Source: Candidatus Daviesbacteria bacterium (lineage in GTDB: Bacteria; Patescibacteriota; Microgenomatia; Daviesbacterales; UBA10151). From it: 59,861 nt of DNA. Shown in pieces: positions 16,692 to 25,486 of the stretch. The notes below the pieces were generated by a model. That model saw only the letters and a list, made by a program, of their open reading frames with translations, did no database searches and had not been told where the DNA came from. The stretch is from NCBI GenBank assembly GCA_016186955.1, contig JACPKP010000001.1, positions 1 through 59,861 of the forward strand. The letters run 5' to 3'. Numbering within the stretch: position 1 is the first letter of the stretch; every line of letters begins with the position of its first letter. A program made the position numbers and the translations under genes.

Positions 16692-17372
16692 ATGAAAGGT
16701 TTTTCTGCCCGAACCAAATCAGCAGGTTTTGTTGCCAGCCCGCCTCTGGTAATTGGCGGTGTGATTGCGGTAATTATCATCATACTTATTGCTTCAGGCA
16801 GTCTTAAATTCTCAGGATACGTCAAAGTAGATGATTCCAAAAAACCCCAGGGTGACCAAACGGTAACCCAAACCGAGAAACCCGCTCCAACAGACACACC
16901 GAAACCTGCAGTTAAATTAAATTCTGAAAGTTACTCTGATACAAAATATGGCTTTTCTATAAGTTATCCTGAGGGGTGGAAAGTTAAAGAACAAACCAAT
17001 AATGTGAACTTTTTTAAGCCCTCAGCGACAAAAGGGGGTGACCAGGCGGATGCATTAGTTAGTGTGGTAGCAGATGATTTGAAGGATAATAGAGATATGA
17101 AGCTTGCCACAATTGCGGATTTACACAAGACATTCCTTAAAAAGCAATTTAGTAACGCTGAGGTTACTGCAGAAAAAGAGATTAAAATCGGTGAGTTGGA
17201 CGGGTATGAGCTTGAATTTACCGGGATGATTGGAAGTGACAAAATGCAGGGAAGATACATTGTTATAAAAGGTGAAAAATACCTGGTTGCTCTTATCGGG
17301 ATGGCCAATATGGAATTTTGGGATAGTGAAAAAGCCAACATTGATGCTTCCATCCAAACCTTCAAGCTTTAA
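16692..17372 (+). CDS. membrane-anchored PsbP/DcrB-like protein (family E)
   Basis: The maximal ORF starts at 16665. The ATG at 16692 gives MKGFSARTKSAGFVASPPLVIGGVIAV. GFSISYPEGWKVKEQ..VNFFKPS aligns with the two minus-strand paralogs. Confidence 0.7.
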   Translation: MKGFSARTKSAGFVASPPLVIGGVIAVIIIILIASGSLKFSGYVKVDDSKKPQGDQTVTQTEKPAPTDTPKPAVKLNSESYSDTKYGFSISYPEGWKVKEQTNNVNFFKPSATKGGDQADALVSVVADDLKDNRDMKLATIADLHKTFLKKQFSNAEVTAEKEIKIGELDGYELEFTGMIGSDKMQGRYIVIKGEKYLVALIGMANMEFWDSEKANIDASIQTFKL

Positions 17373-17499
17373 TGAGCGCCATCTGTTAAATTGCCATTAA
17401 TCTACCTAATTATCCTGACCTGTTGGTAAATTTCCCTAAAAAAGTTGACAGGAGTATTGCGTTTGAGCAATAAGACTACTGCTGTGTTGCCTAGGAGGG

Positions 17500-18045
17500 T
17501 TAGGTGTAGTTTAGGCCTTCATCGCCGCGGATGACATTTTCCATCTCATCTAGATCAGGATTAATTGTTTCAAGGATCTCCAGAAACTGCATGGGGCTGT
17601 GGATTAAATACAGTTCTAAAAATTTTATCCGCCTGGCATCATACAATGATAAAGTACCATAATTGAATAATTTTCCCAGCATATCCTGTTTGACTTCTGC
17701 AAATTTCATGTGTTCTATGGAATATTTTTCTACTTTCCTCCAAATGATTCCCCGCTTGTGCACAAATTCCTTTCTGTAAAGTTCATAATACTCATTGACC
17801 CATTGGAGAATAGCAAATACTGTCAGGTACAGATAGAATATGAAAGCCGCAACCAAAATAATTAAACCAGCTATTGAGTGTAGAAACACGTTTGCAGCCG
17901 CTCCATAATTTAAGATTAGTAAGTATCCTGCGATGATAAAAATGAATGTTATAATTTGGACAAAAAGTAATTGAAATAAAACCAGGAAAATACTGGTTCT
18001 GATATTTACATGAGTGACATGGATCCTGTCACCAGTGGTATTCAT
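17500..18045 (-). CDS. membrane protein with bacterial PH (bPH_2/YdbT-like) domain
   Basis: 181-aa ORF with two N-terminal TM helices. YYELYRKEFVHKRGIIWRKVEKYSIEHMKFAEVKQDMLGKLFNYGTLSL is typical of membrane-flanked bPH domains. Confidence 0.65.
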   Translation of the reverse strand: MNTTGDRIHVTHVNIRTSIFLVLFQLLFVQIITFIFIIAGYLLILNYGAAANVFLHSIAGLIILVAAFIFYLYLTVFAILQWVNEYYELYRKEFVHKRGIIWRKVEKYSIEHMKFAEVKQDMLGKLFNYGTLSLYDARRIKFLELYLIHSPMQFLEILETINPDLDEMENVIRGDEGLNYT

Positions 18046-18195
18046 ACCTGAGGCGAACTATAGTACTTTCATCTAATAAAAGCAAGTCCTAATAGCCAGA
18101 CAATATTTCCCATGATTCGGTTACTTCGACTGTGCTCAGTACTATACTTGACACATTCATACGATACTGCATTAGAAAGTCTCATTTAATTTTAA

Positions 18196-18204
18196 TGGTA
18201 TACT
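18196..18204 (+). promoter_or_regulatory. extended -10 element placed for a leaderless tspO mRNA
   Basis: TGgTATACT (18196-18204), then 6 nt (AAAGGT) to the ATG at 18211. Confidence 0.4.
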
Positions 18205-18210
18205 AAAGGT

Positions 18211-18666
18211 ATGCCCAAGAAAATCCCACTGCTTATTCTTTCCATTAGCCTTTGTTTAGGAGCGGGGATAATGGGATCATTTTTTACCATTTCCGCAATA
18301 CCGTCGTGGTATGCAACTTTAAGCAAACCCTTCTTTTCACCACCAAACTGGATTTTCGGACCAGTCTGGACGATTCTTTATATTTTAATGGGAGTTTCAT
18401 TGTATTTGGTCTGGTTAAAAAAGAAAGTCCCAACTGTTTTTTGGGTTCAACTTATTTTAAATGCTGTTTGGTCCATCATATTTTTCGGCATAAAAAATCC
18501 TGCCTTAGCTTTAGTGGATATTGCGGCTTTTTGGATAGCAATTGTTTTAACAATTAAAACTTTTTATAAAATAAACAAAGTAGCTGGAAACTTACTCATT
18601 CCTTATCTTCTCTGGGTCAGTTTTGCTGCATTTTTAAACTACAATATTTGGATTTTAAATAAATAA
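18211..18666 (+). CDS. tspO: TspO/MBR family tryptophan-rich sensory protein
   Basis: 151-aa, 5-TM ORF. FFSPPNWIFGPVWTILYILMG, NAVWSIIFFG and IPYLLWVSFAAFLNYNIW match TspO signature regions. Confidence 0.8.
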   Translation: MPKKIPLLILSISLCLGAGIMGSFFTISAIPSWYATLSKPFFSPPNWIFGPVWTILYILMGVSLYLVWLKKKVPTVFWVQLILNAVWSIIFFGIKNPALALVDIAAFWIAIVLTIKTFYKINKVAGNLLIPYLLWVSFAAFLNYNIWILNK

Positions 18667-18695
18667 TTTTTCCAAGAAATGTTACAGTTAGGATA

Positions 18696-19595
18696 ATGCT
18701 CCAAAAAGGATTTACCGGACTTCGTATTATTCTAAATATATTTCTTGTGCCATTTACCCTTTTAATATTGGTTAACCTGATTAGCCAGATAGTTTCTGAT
18801 AAGCCACCGAGCGATTTTTTAATCACCAAAAACTTTGTAGATATTACTCAAGTAGATGGTCTCTCTAAACTCAGAAGTTGTGAGGGGCACAGAAATATGC
18901 CCCAATATACCGATGAACCAAACAGCAGCTTCAAACACTATCTGTATTTTAAGGATAAAAGGATTCCTGGCAATAATCAGCAGGTGAAAATTTTTGCCCC
19001 TTTTGACGGGTATATTGTTCATCCTTTGAGCCAGGGAGTAACTATGGTTCCTCTATCTACCCGTTTTCCCTGGTGGCCATTGAACCAGTGGAGATTCAAT
19101 GTAGAGCCAGTTCACACCTTGCCGCAATTTGGTGGAATTATTAACAAGGTTAAAGCTGGAGAGCTGATTGGTTATTTTAATGATGACCGTTTTGGTAACG
19201 CTGAAAAAGAAGCGCCAATTACCTTGGATCTTATTGCAGGTGTTACTGCGATTCCTCCGCAATTTAAAGACGGCAATGGGGAACCATGGAAAAAAATGGA
19301 CTCTGTTTTTAATTACATGTCAGATGCTGTATTTGAAGAATATAAGTCCGCAATTCCTGGTTTGGTGAATCGTGATGATCTAATTATTTCAAGAGAATGG
19401 AGGGAAACACATCCTTGTAAATACCGAGCTGAAGGAGGCCCGTATTTTGATAATGGCAGACCGGGAGACAGAATAATTGAGGAGCAAAATGTCTATTTGG
19501 GGATTGGGATAAAAGATCTGGATAAAATAAAAAAGAAACTAATGGGTTGTTACTCAGAAGATGTTTTACAAAAACCAGTTGAGTGTTCAAAATGA
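18696..19595 (+). CDS. membrane-anchored hypothetical protein
   Basis: 299-aa ORF with MLQKGFTGLRIILNIFLVPFTLLIL anchor. IFAPFDGYIV and KAGELIGYF are reminiscent of barrel-sandwich/M23-like folds, but no catalytic motif is seen. Confidence 0.65.
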   Translation: MLQKGFTGLRIILNIFLVPFTLLILVNLISQIVSDKPPSDFLITKNFVDITQVDGLSKLRSCEGHRNMPQYTDEPNSSFKHYLYFKDKRIPGNNQQVKIFAPFDGYIVHPLSQGVTMVPLSTRFPWWPLNQWRFNVEPVHTLPQFGGIINKVKAGELIGYFNDDRFGNAEKEAPITLDLIAGVTAIPPQFKDGNGEPWKKMDSVFNYMSDAVFEEYKSAIPGLVNRDDLIISREWRETHPCKYRAEGGPYFDNGRPGDRIIEEQNVYLGIGIKDLDKIKKKLMGCYSEDVLQKPVECSK

Positions 19596-20965
19596 ACAAG
19601 CTCTTTTCTTCGAAAACGAAACAAACAGGATCTGCCTGCCGGCAGGCAGGATTTGCAAATATCTTAATAATTCTAATAGGAGTTGGTTTAGCTATCTTTG
19701 CTGGATTTTTTCTTTGGGCAAATTTTAAAAATGACAATATTGGATTTAATCCAACAAATCAAAAAGCGGGGGATCAAAAGAAAAAATCCACAGATAAAAT
19801 TGATAAGGCAAAGAATACCAATGAACATGGGCAAGAAGAAACAGTTCAGGCAACTGAAATTTATGATAATTCACACGTTCAAAACCTACCTCTTTGCCAA
19901 GGTAGTCATTTGCTGGTCTCCTCACCAATGGATTTGGATAAAATACCCATTATTATACCCAGAGGTGGGATATCACCTCTCGGACATGTTCTTCCCAGTG
20001 ATCATGGAGGTATTATGTATCCTAGGGCTTGGGGGCAAAATCTATACATTGAAGAGACTGAAATTAAAGCCCCGGGGGATGGGCATATCTTTAGGATAGA
20101 AAGGACCCTTTATTCCAGAAATGGCAAAAAGGAAAAGGAAGATTATGATATTGCCTTTTCACCTTGCAGAGAGTTTGTTGTTTATATGGGCCATGTCAGT
20201 ACTATTTCTAAATCTCTTCAAAAAATAATTGATCTGCCAAAAGAGTACTGTGATACTCATAAGGAGAATGATTTAGAATATACTTTTTGTACTTATCCGA
20301 AGGTTGATTATCTTACTCACTCTGGTGAAGTAATCGGTATTGTAAAAAGTGATGGTATCCGTGTTTCAGGTATGGATTTTGGCGCTTTTGATACTAGAAC
20401 TGCAGAACTTAAATTTTTAGGAAATTTTTACCCGGAAGCACGGAAGCTGCAAACCCTGCACAATGTCTGTCCTTGGGATTATTACTCCTCTCCGCTTAAA
20501 GAACAACTTTTTGATAAATTAGCCGCCAAATCAGAGCCAAAATGTGGATCATTTATGCAGGATAAAGATGGTACCATTGCCGGCAACTGGCAAGTTAAAG
20601 ACTATCAACATCAATCAAGCGACTCAGGTGATTGGGGTCAGCAGTTTGCTGTTGTGCATGATCATATCAATCCTGAAATTGGTATAATTGCTTTTGGGGG
20701 AATGATTCATGAACCGGGAATGTTAGGTTTTGAACCTACCCATACAGGAGTGATAAATCGTGAGCCAACAGAAGTGACTGCTGATGGGAAAATTTATTGT
20801 TATGCAATGGGTGAAGGTGGTAGCTTATCTAATCAAAAATCCTCTATCCGCTCAGGCAAAATACTTATTCAGTTACTAGGCAGAACAACTCTGAAAGCAG
20901 AATTTCAACAAGGAAGCTGTGACACAATCTTTAAGTTTAACTCACCAACTATCTATGAAAGATAA
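19592..20965 (+). CDS. membrane-anchored hypothetical protein
   Basis: The ATG at 19592 overlaps the upstream stop (ATGA). N-terminus MNKLFSSKTKQTG[SACRQAG]FANILIILIGVGLA. IKAPGDGHIF and HSGEVIGIV are barrel-sandwich-like. No family assigned. Confidence 0.7.
   Translation: MNKLFSSKTKQTGSACRQAGFANILIILIGVGLAIFAGFFLWANFKNDNIGFNPTNQKAGDQKKKSTDKIDKAKNTNEHGQEETVQATEIYDNSHVQNLPLCQGSHLLVSSPMDLDKIPIIIPRGGISPLGHVLPSDHGGIMYPRAWGQNLYIEETEIKAPGDGHIFRIERTLYSRNGKKEKEDYDIAFSPCREFVVYMGHVSTISKSLQKIIDLPKEYCDTHKENDLEYTFCTYPKVDYLTHSGEVIGIVKSDGIRVSGMDFGAFDTRTAELKFLGNFYPEARKLQTLHNVCPWDYYSSPLKEQLFDKLAAKSEPKCGSFMQDKDGTIAGNWQVKDYQHQSSDSGDWGQQFAVVHDHINPEIGIIAFGGMIHEPGMLGFEPTHTGVINREPTEVTADGKIYCYAMGEGGSLSNQKSSIRSGKILIQLLGRTTLKAEFQQGSCDTIFKFNSPTIYER
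19632..19649. repeat. 18-bp perfect palindrome CTGCCTGCCGGCAGGCAG inside a coding N-terminus
   Basis: Same core as the 20-bp palindrome in rpsF (27381-27400). Here it adds the in-frame residues SACRQAG inside the ..TG/FANIL.. anchor motif. Confidence 0.85.
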
Positions 20966-20973
20966 ACAAGGAT

Positions 20974-21831
20974 TTGCAAAATAGTGACCAAAAAAAATGT
21001 ATAATCAGACAAATGGTTGAGAATAATTTTGACCGCGGCGGAATGAAAAAAATAATATTGGCCGGCGGTTTAAACAGCAAAAGCGGGGATGTAACCGCAA
21101 GCCTCCGGGGGTTTTTAGGTTACTGCCGCAGGGAATTGGGGTTTTGCAGCAGTGATTTTTTTGAATTAAGCTACAACGGGCGGTTTGGAAGGGAATTGTG
21201 GGAGCCTGTCCTATACGGCCCGAAAGATACTCAAGCGCCTATTAAAACCGGCATAAATACCTTTATCAGAAATATCAACTATTACAACAGTTTTTTGCCC
21301 CGGGGCGCCCAGATGCATTTTGTCGGGGAAAGCCTGGGAGGGTTTTTGATGTTTCAGGCGCTATCCGCGATATCCAGGCAAAGCATGTACCTTTTTGGCG
21401 ATAGGTATGCGACACTGTCTACCCTGGGCAGCCCTCATTTCGGGTCGGACCTTGGGGAATGCAATAACCCCTTGGAGTTGGGGCTTCGTATATTAATTGA
21501 GCCCGGCATCCCGCAATGCCCCGCTGTAGCAGATCTTCAGGAGTTCGGCAAGAGCTTGGTTTATCGTCTGAGTGTCATGTCGCAGGCGGATCTTTTAAGG
21601 GAGTACGGATTGGGGCTTTTAACTTTGGCAGGCGAATATGATGTTATTGTCACGCCGGATGAGAGTGTGATCGCTGGTGGCAGCGAAAGACAAAAATTTG
21701 TCCTGGATACCTCGCCCTCAAGGTTGATGGGGACCAAGGACAGGGATTTTCTAGGGCATGGCAAACTTGCCGATACTTTCGCTGCGTGGAAGATGATGGG
21801 CAGCCTTATCGGCTGCCAGGTTCCATTTTAA
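20974..21831 (+). CDS. alpha/beta-hydrolase (esterase/lipase-like), visibly more GC-rich than its neighbours
   Basis: The ORF opens at TTG 20974, with in-frame ATGs at 21013 and 21043 (MKKIILAGG). GxSxG nucleophile elbow HFVGESLGG. Candidate Asp (EYDVIVTPD) and His (LGHGKL). Confidence 0.65.
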   Translation: MQNSDQKKCIIRQMVENNFDRGGMKKIILAGGLNSKSGDVTASLRGFLGYCRRELGFCSSDFFELSYNGRFGRELWEPVLYGPKDTQAPIKTGINTFIRNINYYNSFLPRGAQMHFVGESLGGFLMFQALSAISRQSMYLFGDRYATLSTLGSPHFGSDLGECNNPLELGLRILIEPGIPQCPAVADLQEFGKSLVYRLSVMSQADLLREYGLGLLTLAGEYDVIVTPDESVIAGGSERQKFVLDTSPSRLMGTKDRDFLGHGKLADTFAAWKMMGSLIGCQVPF

Positions 21832-21874
21832 CCATTTAAAATACTCCATGTAATTGTTAAAATTAAGCTCAGCA

Positions 21875-22378
21875 ATGAAAACATATGCATTCATTGACAG
21901 CCAAAATTTAAATTTGGGAGTTCAGTCTCTTGGTTGGAAACTTGACTGGCGTAAATTTAGGCAATATTTGCGTAATAAATACAACGTTTCAGAAGCGTAT
22001 ACTTTTATTGGATATAAAGCCGGTAATGAAGCTTTGTATACCAAAATGCAACAGATGGGCTATATTGTTGTGCTTAAACCAACGATGGAATTACCAGATA
22101 AAACTGTTAAGGGAAATGTTGATGCAGAATTAGTGCTGCATTCAATGATTCACTATAAAGAATATAACAAATCAATAATTGTTTCAGGAGATGGAGATTT
22201 TCATTGTCTGGTTGAATACCTAGATCAGCAAGAAAAACTCTTGCACATTTTGGCTCCAAATAGACATTATTCTGGATTGCTTCGTAAATATAACCGTTAC
22301 ATAATTAGAGTAGATCTACTAAGGAACTCTTTAGAAGCTCAAAAAAAGACCGAGATCAACGGTCGGTCGAAACCTTAG
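21875..22378 (+). CDS. NYN (LabA-like) domain protein, putative RNase
   Basis: The ATG at 21875 gives MKTYAFIDSQNLNLG.. . WKLDWRKFRQYL, KGNVDAELV and VSGDGDFHCLVEYL match the NYN/PIN-like acidic motifs. Confidence 0.7.
   Translation: MKTYAFIDSQNLNLGVQSLGWKLDWRKFRQYLRNKYNVSEAYTFIGYKAGNEALYTKMQQMGYIVVLKPTMELPDKTVKGNVDAELVLHSMIHYKEYNKSIIVSGDGDFHCLVEYLDQQEKLLHILAPNRHYSGLLRKYNRYIIRVDLLRNSLEAQKKTEINGRSKP
22341..22368 (-). terminator. intrinsic terminator for minus-strand transcription, embedded in the 3' end of the NYN gene
   Basis: Minus strand reads GACCGA-ccgttgatc-TCGGTC followed by TTTTTTT (the plus-strand A-run at 22341-22347). It lies downstream of the convergent gene 22654..23241. Confidence 0.5.
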
Positions 22379-22653
22379 GCTGCTTAGCTCGGTCATCGTG
22401 ATATGAATATACTACCACAAAAAAGTAAAAGATTCAAGGAGAAAATTTAGGTATGAATTTAAAAGTAAGCGGAGCTTGCCTTCTATGAAGGTAGGGAATT
22501 ACATTACACTATTCCATCGTTAAAATTCAGATTCTCGTTTATTGCCGAAAGACGAAGAGAAAAGAGATTATTTATAAGAGGGATGCTTTCAAGAGAGTTG
22601 TACACTCCGTCAAGAGCATATCATTTATGAGGCTAGTAAGTAGGGTAAATTCA

Positions 22654-23241
22654 CTACAGCGTATACGAATTAAGTTCTGTCCAGCATCTTATAAAATTTG
22701 ATTGCAATTTTGGGTCTTTTTTAAGTTGATCGTAGTACATATTCTTGTCAAAGATAGCTTTTTTTAAATCATTTATGAAATTTTCTACTCCCAAGTGAAG
22801 CCAGTTATATTTTCCAACTTTATCTATTTCAAGATAAGCCTTCGGTTTTAAAGAAGGGGATATGCTCATTAGATATATATTTCCAGTGGACGGATCCAAT
22901 AGCTGCCTTGCTTCGCTCGTGTGCATTAGCTTGTGCCGATACATTTGTACGAGAATTTTACTTTTTCCCGTAGGATAATTAGTAAAAGCGCTGAGAAAAT
23001 CAATCATCCTTTCTGTTTGAGATCGTGTATCTGATCCTCTATGTTTAGAGTCACTCCATCCTGACCATAGGCTGGAGAAAAGATCTAACGCTGCCATTGT
23101 ATACATAACTATTGGAAAAGGACTAGGTGCTATTTCCGGATTTTCAGGAATATTTATATAAGCTCTCTGAAAGTCGTTTTCTAGTGATTTTAACCTTTCG
23201 GTCAATTCTAATTTAACAGCTTTTAATTGATCCCGATTCAT
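22654..23241 (-). CDS. hypothetical protein with an Rx4H (HEPN-like) motif
   Basis: 195-aa ORF, soluble, with a coiled-coil N-terminus. MYRHKLMHT contains R-x4-H. The family assignment is speculative. Confidence 0.55.
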   Translation of the reverse strand: MNRDQLKAVKLELTERLKSLENDFQRAYINIPENPEIAPSPFPIVMYTMAALDLFSSLWSGWSDSKHRGSDTRSQTERMIDFLSAFTNYPTGKSKILVQMYRHKLMHTSEARQLLDPSTGNIYLMSISPSLKPKAYLEIDKVGKYNWLHLGVENFINDLKKAIFDKNMYYDQLKKDPKLQSNFIRCWTELNSYTL

Positions 23242-23381
23242 TGGTTTATCTTAACACAATCAATTTTTAGAAAGTCAAGTGATTCTGAAGCTGAAACTTT
23301 AAATGCTTCTGCTATTTTATAAGGTGTTCTAATAGTTATATTTCTTTCACTCTATTGTATTTGAGATTATAATGAAATTAA

Positions 23382-24353
23382 ATGAAAAAATCCCCGCGAA
23401 ATATTCCTAAAAAAGCATTTTTCATTACTTGGTTATCATCAGTTGGATTATTTATCTTTGGGATAGCTTTATTTGGAAGCGTAGATAAAATGCCTGTTTC
23501 GGTAGCTGTAATAACCCTCATAGATATTTTAGTTGGAATTCTTGCATTTATGTTGTTGGTTATTTCAATAATTATAGATTTGCTCAAAAAGATCCGAGTA
23601 ACTAGATCGAAAATAATTTGGTTTATCATACTAGTTTTAGTTACGGCAGTTCTCTTGCGAGGCCTATTAGGTAATAGACCTATCTCAAGTCTGCTACCTT
23701 TTCCAACTCCAGCGCCTACGCTTTCTCCAGCAGAAGTTAAACAAGAAATTATTACCTTAGTTAATGCAGAAAGAATTAAAAACGGACTAAATCCATTAAA
23801 AGAGAATGTCTTGCTTGATAAATCAGCTGAGTTAAAAGCTAAGGATATGCTTGAAAGAGGTTATTGGTCTCATAATTCTCCTGAAGGTGTTGAAACTTGG
23901 GTATTTTTTAAAAAAGTCGGCTATCCATATACCGAAGCGGGAGAGAATCAAGCGAAGAATTTTTATAGTGTAAATAGTATTATTAGTGGTTGGATGTTTA
24001 GTCCTACTCATAAAGAGAATATCTTAAAGAGTGTATATGAAGAAACAGGAGTAGGGGTAGTTTATCCTACAATAAATACAAATCTATTCAACATAGGCGA
24101 ACCAGTTGTGGTGCAACATTTTGGGACACAAATGAAGTCATATACTGATGGTTTGGTTAGAACATACAAAGCAAACAATCAACCCCCTTCGAGAACTGGA
24201 GAAATAATAAAGTATCATGATTGGTGCAACAATAAAGATATAAGCGTATACCAATATGAAATCATAGTTAAAAAATCTTCGGATGGAAATACATACGGAA
24301 TGACAAAAGACGACTGGGAGTGTTATGAAACTGCTCTTAGGAATAGGCATTGA
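23382..24353 (+). CDS. membrane-anchored CAP/SCP (YkwD-like) domain protein
   Basis: 323-aa ORF with three N-terminal TM helices. LVNAERIKNGLNPL, GYWSHNSPEG, AGENQAKNF and GWMFSPTHKENIL..ETGVGV match the CAP superfamily. The extra C-terminal ~90 aa are unassigned. Confidence 0.7.
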   Translation: MKKSPRNIPKKAFFITWLSSVGLFIFGIALFGSVDKMPVSVAVITLIDILVGILAFMLLVISIIIDLLKKIRVTRSKIIWFIILVLVTAVLLRGLLGNRPISSLLPFPTPAPTLSPAEVKQEIITLVNAERIKNGLNPLKENVLLDKSAELKAKDMLERGYWSHNSPEGVETWVFFKKVGYPYTEAGENQAKNFYSVNSIISGWMFSPTHKENILKSVYEETGVGVVYPTINTNLFNIGEPVVVQHFGTQMKSYTDGLVRTYKANNQPPSRTGEIIKYHDWCNNKDISVYQYEIIVKKSSDGNTYGMTKDDWECYETALRNRH

Positions 24354-24471
24354 ATTCCTGATATAATTTCTCCATGAATATTTTTGTAGTGGATACGCAT
24401 CTTACTATCCCTTTGTTGCGATTTAGGTTCATTTGCATGTTACCTAACTTGCGTAAAAGGAGACATGAGAT

Positions 24472-25470
24472 ATGAAAAATAAGATAAAAATATTTTTTGC
24501 AATACCTTGCGGTGAATTTTATAAAATTCAAACTGAAATAATTAGAAACGTTTGTAATGCCCTGGATATAGAGCCAATAATAATTGAAGACGATACAAGC
24601 ACTAAAGATCTATGGAAGAAAATAACAGATGCAATTGATGAAGCCGATTATTTTGTAGCGGACATTATTTCTGATTCAAAAAATATAACTCTTGAGCTAG
24701 GTTACGTAATTAGAGAAAAGAAAATAAAATATTACGGAATTTTTACCCCCCGTTCTATACCAGTTCCTTCTGATTTGAGAGGATTCACGATACAGATGTA
24801 CAGTGGTTTTAAAGATTTTCAAAATAAATTATTAAAATGGATTTATGATAATATATCTGAATCGCTGCGAACGATACTTGTCCCTGAAACTGAGTATTCT
24901 GAACATGAGACTTTTCAAGATCTAGATAAATTTATTAGATTATGGTCAACTTCTCCTCAAGGATCCTTTAGATTGACAGACGAAGGACTTAGATTTACAA
25001 ATGCTAATTTCCCAATTATGACAAATTATTTAGGAATTCTGAAAAATTATGAATTTGAGTTTAAAGCCAAAATTATTCGTGGAGCGGTAGGATGGATTGT
25101 TAAGGGGACAAAACCATTCGATAGTTTTATACCGCCATTTTTCATAATGTTTAATATAAATTTAAAAAATGAATTTTCTCCGCATATTTTCAATATAAAT
25201 ATGCCCCTGGAAGCCGAAATCTATCATAGGTTTTCAACTATTAATGTAGATACAAAGATCACTCCTGAAAAATGGTTTACAGTAATTACCAGAGTTGAGG
25301 GTGACATTATTACTGTGATAGTTGATGGGAAGAAGGTTTTTTCGGAAAATTTTAATAAAGAACCGTATAAAAGTTATTATAATTTCCAAGATAAACAGGG
25401 AGATGTCGGATTCAGATGTCACCCTTCGGAAGAAGCAGTTATTCGGTATATTAAATTGAAGGAAATATGA
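24472..25470 (+). CDS. two-domain protein: TIR-like/nucleoside-2-deoxyribosyltransferase-like N-terminus plus DUF1080/ConA-like C-terminus
   Basis: 332-aa ORF. The IFFAIPCG...ADYFVADIISDSKNITLELGYVI pattern resembles TIR-like/NDT-like domains. The C-terminal WFTVITRVEGDIITVIVDGKKVF...GDVGFRCHPSEEAVIRYIKLKEI resembles DUF1080. Confidence 0.5.
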   Translation: MKNKIKIFFAIPCGEFYKIQTEIIRNVCNALDIEPIIIEDDTSTKDLWKKITDAIDEADYFVADIISDSKNITLELGYVIREKKIKYYGIFTPRSIPVPSDLRGFTIQMYSGFKDFQNKLLKWIYDNISESLRTILVPETEYSEHETFQDLDKFIRLWSTSPQGSFRLTDEGLRFTNANFPIMTNYLGILKNYEFEFKAKIIRGAVGWIVKGTKPFDSFIPPFFIMFNINLKNEFSPHIFNINMPLEAEIYHRFSTINVDTKITPEKWFTVITRVEGDIITVIVDGKKVFSENFNKEPYKSYYNFQDKQGDVGFRCHPSEEAVIRYIKLKEI

Positions 25471-25486
25471 AAGGAGAACATGGCAT

